32,000 nt of DNA from Geobacter sulfurreducens PCA (GCF_000007985.2 NC_002939.5:1440001-1472000); one strand, 5' to 3'; shown: positions 1 through 8,725, counted from the first letter of the stretch. Notes: generated by a model not told the origin, from the sequence alone. Numbers and translations are program-made.

Positions 1-528
1 ACCGCCCGGGATGATCCCCACGAAGGTCCCGAGCACGAAAGTGCGCAGGGGAAGCCGCGTCAGACCCGCCCCCAGGTTGATCAGGAAGAAGGGAAACAGG
101 GGGACGAGCCGCAGAAAGAGCAGATAGTTGAGTCCGGCCTTTTCCAGTTCCCGGTTGATCCCCTCCAGCCTGGGGCCGAAGCGACGCTGGACCGCATCGT
201 GAAAGAGGTAACGGGTAAGCAGGAAGGCCAGCGTCGCCCCGATGGTGGCGCCGGTCACCGCCCAGGCAGTCCCTGCCACGGCCCCGAACAGGGCGCCGGC
301 GGCAAGGGAAAGGATCGTGGCCCCCGGCAGCGACAGGGCGGTCTGGATGATGTAGATCGCCAGGAAAACGGCAACCGTCAGGGTGCGGTGTTCCCCGTAA
401 AAGGCCAGCAGTGCCCCATGATTGGCTTTGAGCGAGGCAAAGGTCAGCAGCCGTCCCAGGTCCAGGATGAAGAACAGGGCGACCAGTGCGACACAGAAGG
501 AGATGACGATAATTCGTTGTGCGTTCAT
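1..528 (-). CDS. TVP38/TMEM64 (SNARE-associated, DedA-related) family membrane protein; C-terminal end lies outside the window
   Basis: Absent from the ORF track because it runs off the edge. Reverse translation from ATG at 528-526 gives MNAQRIIVISFCVALVALFFILDLGRLLTFASLKAN ... FGPRLEGINRELEKAGLNYLLFLRLVPLFPFFLINLGAGL, the typical hydrophobic pattern of this family. Same strand as, and 88 nt downstream of, the flavoprotein gene. Confidence 0.8.
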   Translation of the reverse strand, partial: MNAQRIIVISFCVALVALFFILDLGRLLTFASLKANHGALLAFYGEHRTLTVAVFLAIYIIQTALSLPGATILSLAAGALFGAVAGTAWAVTGATIGATLAFLLTRYLFHDAVQRRFGPRLEGINRELEKAGLNYLLFLRLVPLFPFFLINLGAGLTRLPLRTFVLGTFVGIIPGG

Positions 529-616
529 GAACGATGGTTATATACCAGGCCGGGAGCGGAGGCAATCGGCTATAGGAATATATTCATATTTTCCATGATT
601 CGCACGTAGTTCATGG

Positions 617-2134
617 CTAGCGCCACAGCCGGCGCAGGGTCAGCATGATCCCCATCAGCCGCTTCACCCCGGGGGTGAGGCGGGTCCGGTTCCAGGCATC
701 GGCCAGCTTCTTGATCGCTTCGGCCTGAGTGGGGTAGGGGTGGATGCTGCGGCCGATGGCGGAAAGGCCCAATCCGGCGGACATGGCCAGGGTCAGCTCG
801 TTCAGCATCTCGCCGGCGTGGCGGGCCACGATGGTGGCGCCGACGATCCGGTCGGTGCCCCGCTTCAGGTGCACCCGGGCGAAACCCTCGTCTTCCCCGT
901 CAAGCAGAGCCCGGTCGACCTCGGTCAGGGGGACGGTCAGGGTGTCCACGGCAAGACCGCGCTCCCCGGCCTCCCGTTCGTAGAGGCCCACGTGGGCAAC
1001 CTCCGGGTCGGTGTAGGTGCACCAGGGAATGATCTGGGTAGAGAACCGCTGCCGGGCGCCGAAGAGGGCGTTGGCGACGACGATGCGCGCCATGGCGTCT
1101 GCGGCGTGGGTGAATCGGTAGGGGGAGCAGATGTCGCCGGCGGCGTAGACTCGCGGATTGTCGGTCCGGAGCCGGTCGTTGACCCTGACCCCTCGGAGCG
1201 GATCGGCGACAATGCCCGCCCGCTCCAGTCCCAGCCCTTCGATGTTCGGCGTTCGCCCGGCCCCCACCAGGATCTCGTCAGCCGTCACCTCATGGGATTG
1301 ATCCCCCTGCCGGACGATGAGCGTCCGGGCTCCGCTCCGCCGTTCCACCCCGACGACAGCTGCCGCCGTCAGGAACGATACCCTGTCCCGCTCCAGGGCG
1401 TGCCGCACCAGGGCCGCGGCGTCGGTGTCCTCCCGCGGCAGGATCTCCGGGGCGGCCTCGATCACCGTCACGCTGCTGCCGAGCCGTGCCGCGGCCTGGG
1501 CCAGCTCGCAGCCGATGGGGCCGCCGCCGATGACGGCCAGTCGCGCCGGAAGCGTTGCGAGGGAAAAAATCGTCTCGTTGGTGAGGTACCCCGCTTCCGC
1601 CAGCCCCGGGACCGGAGGGGCTGCGGCCCGGGCACCGGTGCAGACGGCGGCATGAACGAAATTCAGGCGCCGTCCGTCCACCTCCAGGGCGTTCCGGCTG
1701 ATGAAGCTACCCTGGCCGAAGAAGACGTGGACCCCCAGGTCACGAAAGCGCACTGCCGCGTCGTGACGGCCGATTTCCGCCCGCAGGCGGCGCATCCGCT
1801 CCATGACGGCCGCACCGTCGACGCCGGTCCCGTGGCACCCCGTCACGCCGAAGGGGGCGCCGTTCCCGGCATCGTGAGCGGCCCGCGCGGCGCGGATGAG
1901 GGCCTTGGATGGGACGCAGCCGTAGTTGAGACAGTCGCCCCCCAGCCGGTGGCGCTCCACCAGCGCGACACGCGCACCGAGCCCTGCTGCGCCTGCCGCG
2001 CAGACGAGTCCGGCCGTGCCGGCACCAACGACCACCAGGTCATAGCGCGGAGCCGGAGACGGGTTGATCCAGCCGGGCGGGCGCACCCGCTCGTCAAGGT
2101 CCCGGTCGTGCGGGGAAGCGAAATTGTCTGACAC
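617..2134 (-). CDS. Class I pyridine nucleotide-disulfide oxidoreductase (MerA-like / dihydrolipoamide dehydrogenase family)
   Basis: 505-aa ORF. FAD fold VVVGAGTAGLVCA, redox-active disulfide GGDCLNYGCVPSK, second Rossmann fold AVIGGGPIGCELA, C-terminal dimerisation region. GTG start preceded by GGAGGAA. Confidence 0.9.
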   Translation of the reverse strand: MSDNFASPHDRDLDERVRPPGWINPSPAPRYDLVVVGAGTAGLVCAAGAAGLGARVALVERHRLGGDCLNYGCVPSKALIRAARAAHDAGNGAPFGVTGCHGTGVDGAAVMERMRRLRAEIGRHDAAVRFRDLGVHVFFGQGSFISRNALEVDGRRLNFVHAAVCTGARAAAPPVPGLAEAGYLTNETIFSLATLPARLAVIGGGPIGCELAQAAARLGSSVTVIEAAPEILPREDTDAAALVRHALERDRVSFLTAAAVVGVERRSGARTLIVRQGDQSHEVTADEILVGAGRTPNIEGLGLERAGIVADPLRGVRVNDRLRTDNPRVYAAGDICSPYRFTHAADAMARIVVANALFGARQRFSTQIIPWCTYTDPEVAHVGLYEREAGERGLAVDTLTVPLTEVDRALLDGEDEGFARVHLKRGTDRIVGATIVARHAGEMLNELTLAMSAGLGLSAIGRSIHPYPTQAEAIKKLADAWNRTRLTPGVKRLMGIMLTLRRLWR

Positions 2135-2197
2135 GGCGTTCCTCCGCGGATACGGCGGGGGAGAGGGAATATCACAGGGGCGTCGGGGTTATAAAGG

Positions 2198-2225
2198 ATT
2201 GTACTGGATGGCAGCGGTGATGCAA
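2198..2225 (-). promoter_or_regulatory. Candidate sigma-70 promoter for the oxidoreductase gene (TTGCAT-16 nt-TACAAT on minus strand)
   Basis: Read by eye: -35 TTGCAT (2225-2220), 16-nt spacer, -10 TACAAT (2203-2198), about 60 nt upstream of the GTG start. Confidence 0.4.
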
Positions 2226-2247
2226 CGGGCGGGGAGGCGGCAAAGGG

Positions 2248-3222
2248 TCAGGAGGTGCCCTTCCTGAGCTTGTAGAAGGCACCTGCCGTGTCAAGGGCGA
2301 TGGCCGAGTGGTTCGCCAGGGTGGTGAGGAATTCGATTTCCGCATCAGTGAAAGCCCTGCCGTCGGCCCTGCCCGAAAGGGTTACCACGCCCGCCACCCG
2401 CCCCTTGAACTGGAGCGGCACCGTTACGATGCCGGGAGTTGTGAAGAGTTCGCCGTTGGGGTCTTCCTCCAGCATCCGGTGGGTGAGGGGGGGCGGCACT
2501 TCCTCGTCGATGCGCAGGGGCTTGTTGTTGGTGGCAACGAGCCCGGCTATCCCTTGGTCGTGGCGGAGCCTGAATCCCTTGGCGAGGGTGCGGCTCACAC
2601 CCACGCTGACTTTCATGGAGAAGGAACTACCATCACGGTCCAGGAGCAGAAGGTATCCCTTTTTCGCCTTTACTTCCTCCACGGCCCCTTCCACCAGCCG
2701 CTTCAGGATCTCGCCCGCGTCCAGAGAGGCCGAGATGGCCGTGCAGAGGCGGTTGGCAGATTTCATCAGGTGGAGTGCATCATGGAGTTCCCGGTTCTTC
2801 AGTTTCATGTCGTCCATGAGCCGCCGGTTCTCACGGGTGAGGGACTGTTTCTCGACGGCGCGGCCCACGATGTTGGTCAGGATGGCGGGGTCGTCCACGG
2901 GTTTGATGATGAAATCGTAGGCCCCCAGGCGAAGGGCCTTGATGGCGGTGAAGCTGGAGGCGTTGCTCGTGACGATCACCACTTCCAGGTCGGGGAATGA
3001 GTCTTTCAGGAGTTTGAGGAGATTGAGACCGCTCATCCCGGGAAGATTGATGTCGGTCACCAGGATGTCGAAGGGGGCGGCGTTGACCTCGTGGACGGCC
3101 TCCTCGCCGGAGGCGACCGATGTGACGATATATCCGCCATTTTCAAGGGTCGATGCGATGAACGCACGGGAAGGGGCCGATTCGTCCACAACGAGGACTT
3201 GAATTTCGGTGGCGTGTCCCAT
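2248..3222 (-). CDS. Response regulator with receiver (REC) domain, coiled-coil linker and C-terminal GAF domain
   Basis: The track ORF (2248-3414) has an AT-rich, non-coding-looking 5' extension. ATG at 3222 is preceded by GGAGG. REC motifs VLVVDES and ILVTDINLPGMSG...IVTS. C-terminal half has a GAF-like pattern (KGYLLLLD...GIAG...). Confidence 0.85.
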   Translation of the reverse strand: MGHATEIQVLVVDESAPSRAFIASTLENGGYIVTSVASGEEAVHEVNAAPFDILVTDINLPGMSGLNLLKLLKDSFPDLEVVIVTSNASSFTAIKALRLGAYDFIIKPVDDPAILTNIVGRAVEKQSLTRENRRLMDDMKLKNRELHDALHLMKSANRLCTAISASLDAGEILKRLVEGAVEEVKAKKGYLLLLDRDGSSFSMKVSVGVSRTLAKGFRLRHDQGIAGLVATNNKPLRIDEEVPPPLTHRMLEEDPNGELFTTPGIVTVPLQFKGRVAGVVTLSGRADGRAFTDAEIEFLTTLANHSAIALDTAGAFYKLRKGTS

Positions 3223-3352
3223 TGTACACCTCCTCATCCCGTACTGTACCTTGAATTTCAAATGGTAGTTCAGGATGATACAAAAATCAATCAGAAAGGG
3301 GTCACGATTCGACTGGTTTACGCTATCCGCAAGAAGAACGGAGAGAAATGCT

Positions 3353-3381
3353 TTGACAAAAAAGGCGTAATTACCTAGTAT
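3353..3381 (+). promoter_or_regulatory. Candidate sigma-70 promoter (TTGACA-17 nt-TAGTAT) for the polyprenyl synthase gene
   Basis: Perfect -35 TTGACA at 3353-3358, 17-nt spacer, -10 TAGTAT at 3376-3381, 27 nt upstream of ATG 3409. Confidence 0.55.
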
Positions 3382-3408
3382 TGGCGAAAATTTACCCGAG
3401 GTTGCCTG

Positions 3409-4377
3409 ATGCACGCTGCTCTTTCCCTGGTCGGGGATGACCTGAAAAACGTCGAATTACAGTTCAGAAAGGACCTGGAATCAGATGTCTATCTGATCCG
3501 CAAGGTGGGAGAGTATGTCCTTGCCAGCGGCGGCAAGAGAATTCGTCCCATGCTGTTGCTCCTTTCGGCTAAGCTGTGCGGCTACCAGGGCGATCGCCAC
3601 GTTCCCCTCGCCAGCGTCATCGAATTCATCCACACCGCAACCCTGCTCCACGACGACGTGGTCGACAACGCCACGTTGCGCCGCGGCAACGCCTCCGCCA
3701 ACGAGGTCTGGGGCAATGAGGCCTCGGTACTGGTGGGCGACTTTCTCTTTTCCAAGTCCTTTTCTCTCATGGTAGAGGCCGGGGATCTGCGGATTCTCAA
3801 GGTCATATCCGGTGCCACGACGATCATCGCCGAGGGAGAGGTCCTGCAGCTCCTCTGCACCAGTGATCTGGAGATGACCCAGGAGCGCTACATCGAGGTG
3901 GTCAAGAGCAAGACCGCCGTGCTCCTTTCAGCCGCCTGCGAGGCCGGTGCCATCCTGGGCACGTCGTCGGCCGAGCAGCAGGAGGCACTGCGCGACTTCG
4001 GCATGGACCTGGGCATAGCCTTCCAGCTCATGGACGACACCCTCGACTACACGGCCAGCGAAGAGCAATTCGGCAAGGAAATCGGCCACGATCTCGAGGA
4101 GGGGAAAATCACGCTCCCTCTTATCCATACCCTCATGAAGTGCTCCGACGAAGAGCGCGAAACCATCGCCGCCGTAGTGGAAAAGGAAATCCTGGAGCCG
4201 GGTGACTTCGAATCGGTGTTCACCCTCGTCCACAAGTATGGCGGCATCGAGTACACCGTCTCCGTTGCCAACGAGTATATCGCCCGCTGCAAGGCCCACC
4301 TTGGCGCATTTGTTGATTCACAGGAAAAAGCCGCACTGATTGAACTTGCCGATTATGTGGTGAATCGCAAGCGCTAA
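3409..4377 (+). CDS. ispB: Long-chain trans-polyprenyl diphosphate synthase (octaprenyl/IspB-like)
   Basis: 322 aa. First aspartate-rich motif LLHDDVVDNATLRRG and second FQLMDDTLDY, typical of the polyprenyl_synt family. Product chain length cannot be read from the sequence. Confidence 0.85.
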   Translation: MHAALSLVGDDLKNVELQFRKDLESDVYLIRKVGEYVLASGGKRIRPMLLLLSAKLCGYQGDRHVPLASVIEFIHTATLLHDDVVDNATLRRGNASANEVWGNEASVLVGDFLFSKSFSLMVEAGDLRILKVISGATTIIAEGEVLQLLCTSDLEMTQERYIEVVKSKTAVLLSAACEAGAILGTSSAEQQEALRDFGMDLGIAFQLMDDTLDYTASEEQFGKEIGHDLEEGKITLPLIHTLMKCSDEERETIAAVVEKEILEPGDFESVFTLVHKYGGIEYTVSVANEYIARCKAHLGAFVDSQEKAALIELADYVVNRKR

Positions 4378-4457
4378 ATAACCGTACACTTTGGTCAAAT
4401 AACGCATCATTCCGATTTGCCGTTGTTTTTTGCCAGTCATTTCCGTTGCTCACGGAT

Positions 4458-4473
4458 TGGCCCGCATATTGCT
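4458..4473 (+). promoter_or_regulatory. Candidate sigma-54 (-24/-12) promoter TGGCCCG-CATA-TTGCT
   Basis: Matches TGGCACG-N4-TTGCW at all but one position, with exactly 10 nt between GG (4459-4460) and GC (4471-4472). Lies 58 nt upstream of ATG 4531. Confidence 0.5.
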
Positions 4474-4530
4474 CACTCTCCGGTGTGGTAGTCAGTGCAC
4501 GGCGCCCTTGTCGGCGCAGGGAGATGTGAG

Positions 4531-4791
4531 ATGGAAGACGTCACTCTTGTTATGCAATCGGAAGTGAAGATCAACGGCACCACCTACGCGATTCACGTCT
4601 ATCGGCGCGAAGATGGTCACTGCTTCGCCGTAACCCACCTGAAGAACGGCGACATCATCATCAACGACGGCGAAACCCATGAGGAGGCCCTTACCCGGCA
4701 GGAAGGAGTTCTCCCTCTCGCCGTCGGTTCGCGGGCCATCCTGGACGAATTCCGCCGCTCAAGCGGGCTGCTGCTCAAGTTCTCCCATTAA
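4531..4791 (+). CDS. Small hypothetical protein (86 aa)
   Basis: ORF track 4495-4791. ATG at 4531 follows GGGAGA. GC-rich third codon positions. No motif I recognise. Sits between the sigma-54 promoter candidate and the kinase gene. Confidence 0.5.
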   Translation: MEDVTLVMQSEVKINGTTYAIHVYRREDGHCFAVTHLKNGDIIINDGETHEEALTRQEGVLPLAVGSRAILDEFRRSSGLLLKFSH

Positions 4792-4931
4792 CGGCCCTCC
4801 CTTTCCACTGATCGTGCGCCCCGCCGGGTCGCGCGGTTCCGGGGAGCAGTCCGTCCATTCATGTAGTTTTACCCTTTTGTCCTTGCATTATCTCCGGTCA
4901 TGAACTACATAGTTTCCATTCCGCATGCAGG

Positions 4932-6065
4932 ATGGGAAATTTTCGCTTTCACGGGAATGCCATGAGACTGCCCGGTTCGGCGCGGATTTCATTGCTGGCA
5001 GTGTTCATTATCGGGATCAGCCTGTTCCACTATCTGACCCCCCTTCACCTGCCCGCTCTCCATGATCTGTTCCAGAGACTCTACTATCTTCCGATCATCC
5101 TGGCCGCCTTCTGGTTTGGGCTCAGGGGAGGACTCGGCACGGCAGTCGTCGTCAGTATCCTCTACGTGCCCCACGTCCTGTTCCAGTGGGGGGCGCGGCC
5201 GTCGCTGGAGCTGGAGAAGTTTCTTGAAATTCTCCTCTACAACGTGGTGGGAGGCATCACCGGCTACCTGAGCCAGAAGGAAGAGGAGCGGAGGAACGAG
5301 TTGGAGCGCGCCGCCCGGCGTTTAGAGGATTCCTACCGCACCCTCAGGGGGCAGGCCGACCTCATCATCGGCATCGAGGAGCAGTTGCGCCGGGCCGAAC
5401 GCCTGTCGGCACTGGGGGAGATGTCGGCCATGCTGGCCCACGAGATCCGAAACCCGCTGGGCTCCATCCGGGGCACGGCGGAGATCCTGCGCGACGACTT
5501 CAGCCCCGGCGACCGCAAGTTCGAGTTCCTGGAGATCCTCATCAAGGAAACCGACCGGCTCAACCGGGTGGTCGAGGATTTCCTGCGCCTGGCGCGGCCG
5601 CTGGATGGGGAGAAAAAACGATGTGACCTGGCGGCCGAGCTGCGTGAACTCGTGACGCTCCAGGAGAGCGAGGCTACCGCCCGGGGGATCGGACTCAGTC
5701 TTGAGGCGGGAGAAGCGCCGACGGTGGCCGGGGACCGGGAGCGGCTGCGCCAAGCCTTTCTCAACTTGATCCTCAATGCGCTCCAGGCGACCGGCGAGGG
5801 CGGTCGCGTGGCCGTGCGTCTGGCAATGCGCGGAGCCAGCGGCGATATGCCCGCCGGCGTCGAGATCACGGTGTCGGACACGGGGCGTGGGATCGATCCG
5901 GCTCAGCGGGAAAAGATCTTTACTCCGTTTTTCACCACCAAGGAGGGAGGAACCGGCCTGGGACTCGTCATTACCCAGCGGATCGTGGAGGCCCACGGCG
6001 GCACCATCGGCCTGGAGAGTGAGCCCGGCAGGGGAACCACTTTCAGGGTGTGGCTGCCGGTGTGA
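4932..6065 (+). CDS. Membrane sensor histidine kinase (HisKA + HATPase_c)
   Basis: 377 aa. 3-4 N-terminal TM helices with no obvious periplasmic or PAS domain. H-box LAHEIRNPL, N-box LILNALQA, G1 SDTGRGI, G2 GGTGLGL. Start uncertain (alternative ATG at 4962). Confidence 0.9.
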   Translation: MGNFRFHGNAMRLPGSARISLLAVFIIGISLFHYLTPLHLPALHDLFQRLYYLPIILAAFWFGLRGGLGTAVVVSILYVPHVLFQWGARPSLELEKFLEILLYNVVGGITGYLSQKEEERRNELERAARRLEDSYRTLRGQADLIIGIEEQLRRAERLSALGEMSAMLAHEIRNPLGSIRGTAEILRDDFSPGDRKFEFLEILIKETDRLNRVVEDFLRLARPLDGEKKRCDLAAELRELVTLQESEATARGIGLSLEAGEAPTVAGDRERLRQAFLNLILNALQATGEGGRVAVRLAMRGASGDMPAGVEITVSDTGRGIDPAQREKIFTPFFTTKEGGTGLGLVITQRIVEAHGGTIGLESEPGRGTTFRVWLPV

Positions 6066-6084
6066 TCGGGGAGATGGGGGAGTG

Positions 6085-7467
6085 ATGGCTGAAGAGCGGC
6101 AACCTGCCCGGGTGCTGATCGTCGACGATGACGTATCGCTGCGCCGGGTACTCGAATACAACCTCCAGGAGGAGGGGTACGACGTGATCACGGCGGGCAG
6201 CGGCGAGGAGGGGCTGCGCCTGTTCGATGAGCGTTCGCCGGCCCTGGTGGTCACCGACCTGAAAATGCCCGGCATGGGGGGATTCCGGCTCCTGCAGGAA
6301 ATCAAGGGACGTTCGCCCGACACGGCGGTCATCGTGATCACCGCCTTTGGTGCCGTGGAGACGGCGGTCGACGCCATGAAAGCCGGGGCCTACGACTACA
6401 TCACCAAGCCCTTCAACCGTGATGCCTTGAAGCTGACGGTGAAAAAGGCCCTGGAGATGCTCGGGCTTTCCCGGGAAAACCGCCGCCTGCGGGAGGCTCT
6501 CACGGAGCGGGAGGATTACCGGAGTATCGTGGGCATCTCCCGCCGGATGGAGGAGGTCTTCCGGGTCGTGGACCGGGTGGCCGACACGGACGCTACGGTC
6601 CTCATCACCGGCGAATCCGGCACCGGCAAGGAACTGGTGGCCCGTGCCGTGCACACCCGCAGCTCACGGAGAGCAGCCCCCTTCGTGGCGGTCAACTGCG
6701 CGGCCATCCCCCGCGATTTGCTTGAGAGCGAGCTGTTCGGCCACGTCAAGGGTTCCTTCACCGGCGCTGTGCGCGACAAGGCGGGAAAATTCCAGCAGGC
6801 CGAGGGAGGGACCCTCTTCCTCGACGAAGTGGGCGAGTTGCCCGTTGAACTCCAGTCGAAGCTCCTGCGGGCGCTCCAGGAAAAGGAGGTTCAGCAGGTG
6901 GGGGGCACCGAGGTCCGGAAGCTGGACGTCCGGGTGGTGGCCGCCACCAACGCCGATCTGGAGCAGGCCATCGAGGAGGGCCGCTTCCGCGAGGACCTCT
7001 ACTACCGCCTCTCGGTCATACCGATTCACCTGCCGCCGCTGCGGGAGCGGAAAGAAGACATCCCCCTGCTGGTGCGCCACTTTGCTGCGCGGCACGGCGG
7101 CGATCGGGTAGCCTTTGCCCCGGAGACCCTGGAGGTCATGGCTGACTATGGCTGGCCGGGCAACGTCCGGGAGTTGGAAAATACCGTGGAGCGGCTCCTC
7201 ATCATGCGCTGCAGCGACACTATCACCCCGGCGGACCTTCCCGACAAGGTACGCAGCCGCCGCGCACCGTCGACGGAATGTCCCGTTATCAGCCTACCCG
7301 ACGAGGGATACTCCCTTGAGCAACTGGAGCGGGAAATCGTGGTGGAAGCCCTGGAACGGAACAACTGGAATCAGAGTTCGGCGGCGCGCTTTCTTCGCAT
7401 TCCGCGCCATACACTCATCTACAGGATGGAGAAGTATCAGATCACTGCACCGGAGAGAAAAAAATGA
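6085..7467 (+). CDS. Sigma-54-dependent response regulator (NtrC family enhancer-binding protein)
   Basis: The track ORF 5776-7467 is N-terminally over-extended. ATG 6085 follows GGGGGAG. REC (VLIVDDD...VVTDLKMPGM), AAA+ domain (GESGTGKE, GSFTGA loop, LFLDEV), Fis-type HTH (AARFLRIPRHTLIYRM). Confidence 0.93.
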   Translation: MAEERQPARVLIVDDDVSLRRVLEYNLQEEGYDVITAGSGEEGLRLFDERSPALVVTDLKMPGMGGFRLLQEIKGRSPDTAVIVITAFGAVETAVDAMKAGAYDYITKPFNRDALKLTVKKALEMLGLSRENRRLREALTEREDYRSIVGISRRMEEVFRVVDRVADTDATVLITGESGTGKELVARAVHTRSSRRAAPFVAVNCAAIPRDLLESELFGHVKGSFTGAVRDKAGKFQQAEGGTLFLDEVGELPVELQSKLLRALQEKEVQQVGGTEVRKLDVRVVAATNADLEQAIEEGRFREDLYYRLSVIPIHLPPLRERKEDIPLLVRHFAARHGGDRVAFAPETLEVMADYGWPGNVRELENTVERLLIMRCSDTITPADLPDKVRSRRAPSTECPVISLPDEGYSLEQLEREIVVEALERNNWNQSSAARFLRIPRHTLIYRMEKYQITAPERKK

Positions 7468-7970
7468 GAAAATTTGTCCGCCTTCTGCCTCTGTTGATCC
7501 TGCTGGCGCTCCTGGGCTGCTCCAAGGAGCAGAAGCCCGCCGTGCAGGGAAACCCCGCCCCCGACTTCACCCTCAACACCCTCAAGGGTGAGGTTGTGAA
7601 GCTGTCCGACCTGAAGGGGCAGGTGGTTCTCGTCAACTTCTGGGCCACCTGGTGCCCCCCCTGCCGGGAGGAGATCCCCTCCATGATGCGGCTTGAGGCA
7701 GCCATGGCCGGCAAGCCGTTCAAGATGCTCTGCATCTCCATCGACGACGGCGGGCCGGTGGCGGTGGAGGATTTCTTCCGCAAGACGGGCTTTAATCTGC
7801 CCACGCTGATGGACACCGACAAGCAAGCCAGTAAACTCTACGGCGTCACCGGCGTGCCGGAGACGTTTGTGGTGGATAAAAATGGGGTTATACTCAAGAA
7901 GGTCGTGGGGGGCGTGCAGTGGGACCACCCCGACGTGATCGCCTATCTCAACGGCGCCCTGGCCAAGTAG
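7464..7970 (+). CDS. TlpA/ResA-like thiol:disulfide oxidoreductase lipoprotein (thioredoxin fold)
   Basis: 168 aa. Signal peptide with lipobox LLGC. Active site WATWCPPCREE. ATG overlaps the activator stop codon (ATGA at 7464-7467). Confidence 0.9.
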   Translation: MRKFVRLLPLLILLALLGCSKEQKPAVQGNPAPDFTLNTLKGEVVKLSDLKGQVVLVNFWATWCPPCREEIPSMMRLEAAMAGKPFKMLCISIDDGGPVAVEDFFRKTGFNLPTLMDTDKQASKLYGVTGVPETFVVDKNGVILKKVVGGVQWDHPDVIAYLNGALAK

Positions 7971-7995
7971 GGCACCCCGCCAAGTCGAGGTATTC

Positions 7996-8724
7996 ATGGA
8001 ATCAACCAACATAACCTTTGTGGGCGCATTCGTGGCGGGACTCCTGTCCTTCCTGTCCCCCTGCGTGCTGCCGCTTATTCCGTCCTTCATAACCTACATC
8101 ACCGGCCTCTCCTTCGCCGACATCCAGTCCGAGCACCCGACCCACAAGGTGCGGCAGCAGACCATTGTCCACTCGCTTCTCTTCATCGCCGGCTTCACCT
8201 TTGTCTTCGTGCTCCTCGGCGCCTCGGCGACCTTCATCGGCGGATTCCTCCATGAGCACATGAACGTCATCCGCAAGGTTGGCGGCGCGCTGATCGTGAT
8301 CTTCGGCATTCACGTATCGGGCCTCGTGCCCATCCATCTCCTGCTGGGGGAAAAGCGGCTCCAGGTCCACCGCAAACCGGCCGGGTACCTGGGCAGCTTC
8401 CTGGTGGGGCTCGCCTTTGCCGCCGGCTGGACCCCCTGCATCGGACCGATCCTGGCTTCCATCCTCATGGTGGCCGCCACCGAAGAGACCGTGACCAAGG
8501 GGATCCTTCTCCTGTTCACCTATTCCATGGGGCTGGCCATTCCGTTCTTCCTGTCGTCCCTGGCCATGCACCAGTTCCTGACCTTCTTCAACCGCTTCAA
8601 GAAGCATATCCGCATCCTGGAGATCGTCACCGGGCTTTTCCTTGTTGTCGTCGGCGTGATGATTTTCACCAATTACCTGAGCGTCCTTTCCCGCTACACC
8701 ATGAAGTGGTTCGGGGGAATGTAG
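7996..8724 (+). CDS. ccdA: Cytochrome c biogenesis thiol-reductant transporter CcdA (DsbD transmembrane-domain family)
   Basis: 242 aa, about 6 TM helices. Conserved Cys motifs SFLSPCVLPLIP and GWTPCIGPIL. Confidence 0.9.
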   Translation: MESTNITFVGAFVAGLLSFLSPCVLPLIPSFITYITGLSFADIQSEHPTHKVRQQTIVHSLLFIAGFTFVFVLLGASATFIGGFLHEHMNVIRKVGGALIVIFGIHVSGLVPIHLLLGEKRLQVHRKPAGYLGSFLVGLAFAAGWTPCIGPILASILMVAATEETVTKGILLLFTYSMGLAIPFFLSSLAMHQFLTFFNRFKKHIRILEIVTGLFLVVVGVMIFTNYLSVLSRYTMKWFGGM

Positions 8725-8725
8725 G

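Noticed and set aside
606-615. 10-mer GTAGTTCATG repeated as its reverse complement at 4899-4908, plus ATGTAGTT/AACTACAT arms at 4861-4868/4903-4910
   Set aside because: A single 10-nt coincidence in 64 kb of two-strand sequence is not clearly beyond chance after many comparisons. There is no flanking similarity or obvious functional link.
740-2131. 463-aa plus-strand ORF, with similar long alternative-frame ORFs at 5322-6377, 7437-8090, 8002-8778, 11942-13030, 16122-17759, 16597-17853, 23026-23934, 26167-27150, 27489-28292 and 28691-29581
   Set aside because: All overlap confidently assigned genes in another frame or on the other strand. They have repetitive Arg/Gly/Pro/His composition and no recognisable motifs.
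617-2134. Calling the flavoprotein a genuine mercuric reductase (merA)
   Set aside because: It has no N-terminal HMA (NmerA) domain and no C-terminal vicinal Cys pair. There are no merR/merT/merP neighbours. Only the generic class I disulfide reductase features are present.
2207-2222. Sigma-54-like TGGCAGCGGTGATGCA
   Set aside because: Spacing is correct but there are two core mismatches. It points (plus strand) into the 3' end of a minus-strand gene with nothing to transcribe.
5776-6084. N-terminal extensions of track ORFs (5776-6084; also 2248-3414 above 3222, 14912-15112, 20749-20955, 23919-24239, 26790-27578, 29651-29677)
   Set aside because: The extensions overlap the preceding gene, a riboswitch or AT-rich promoter DNA. 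Internal starts have an RBS and, where relevant, a signal peptide or a proper domain N-terminus.
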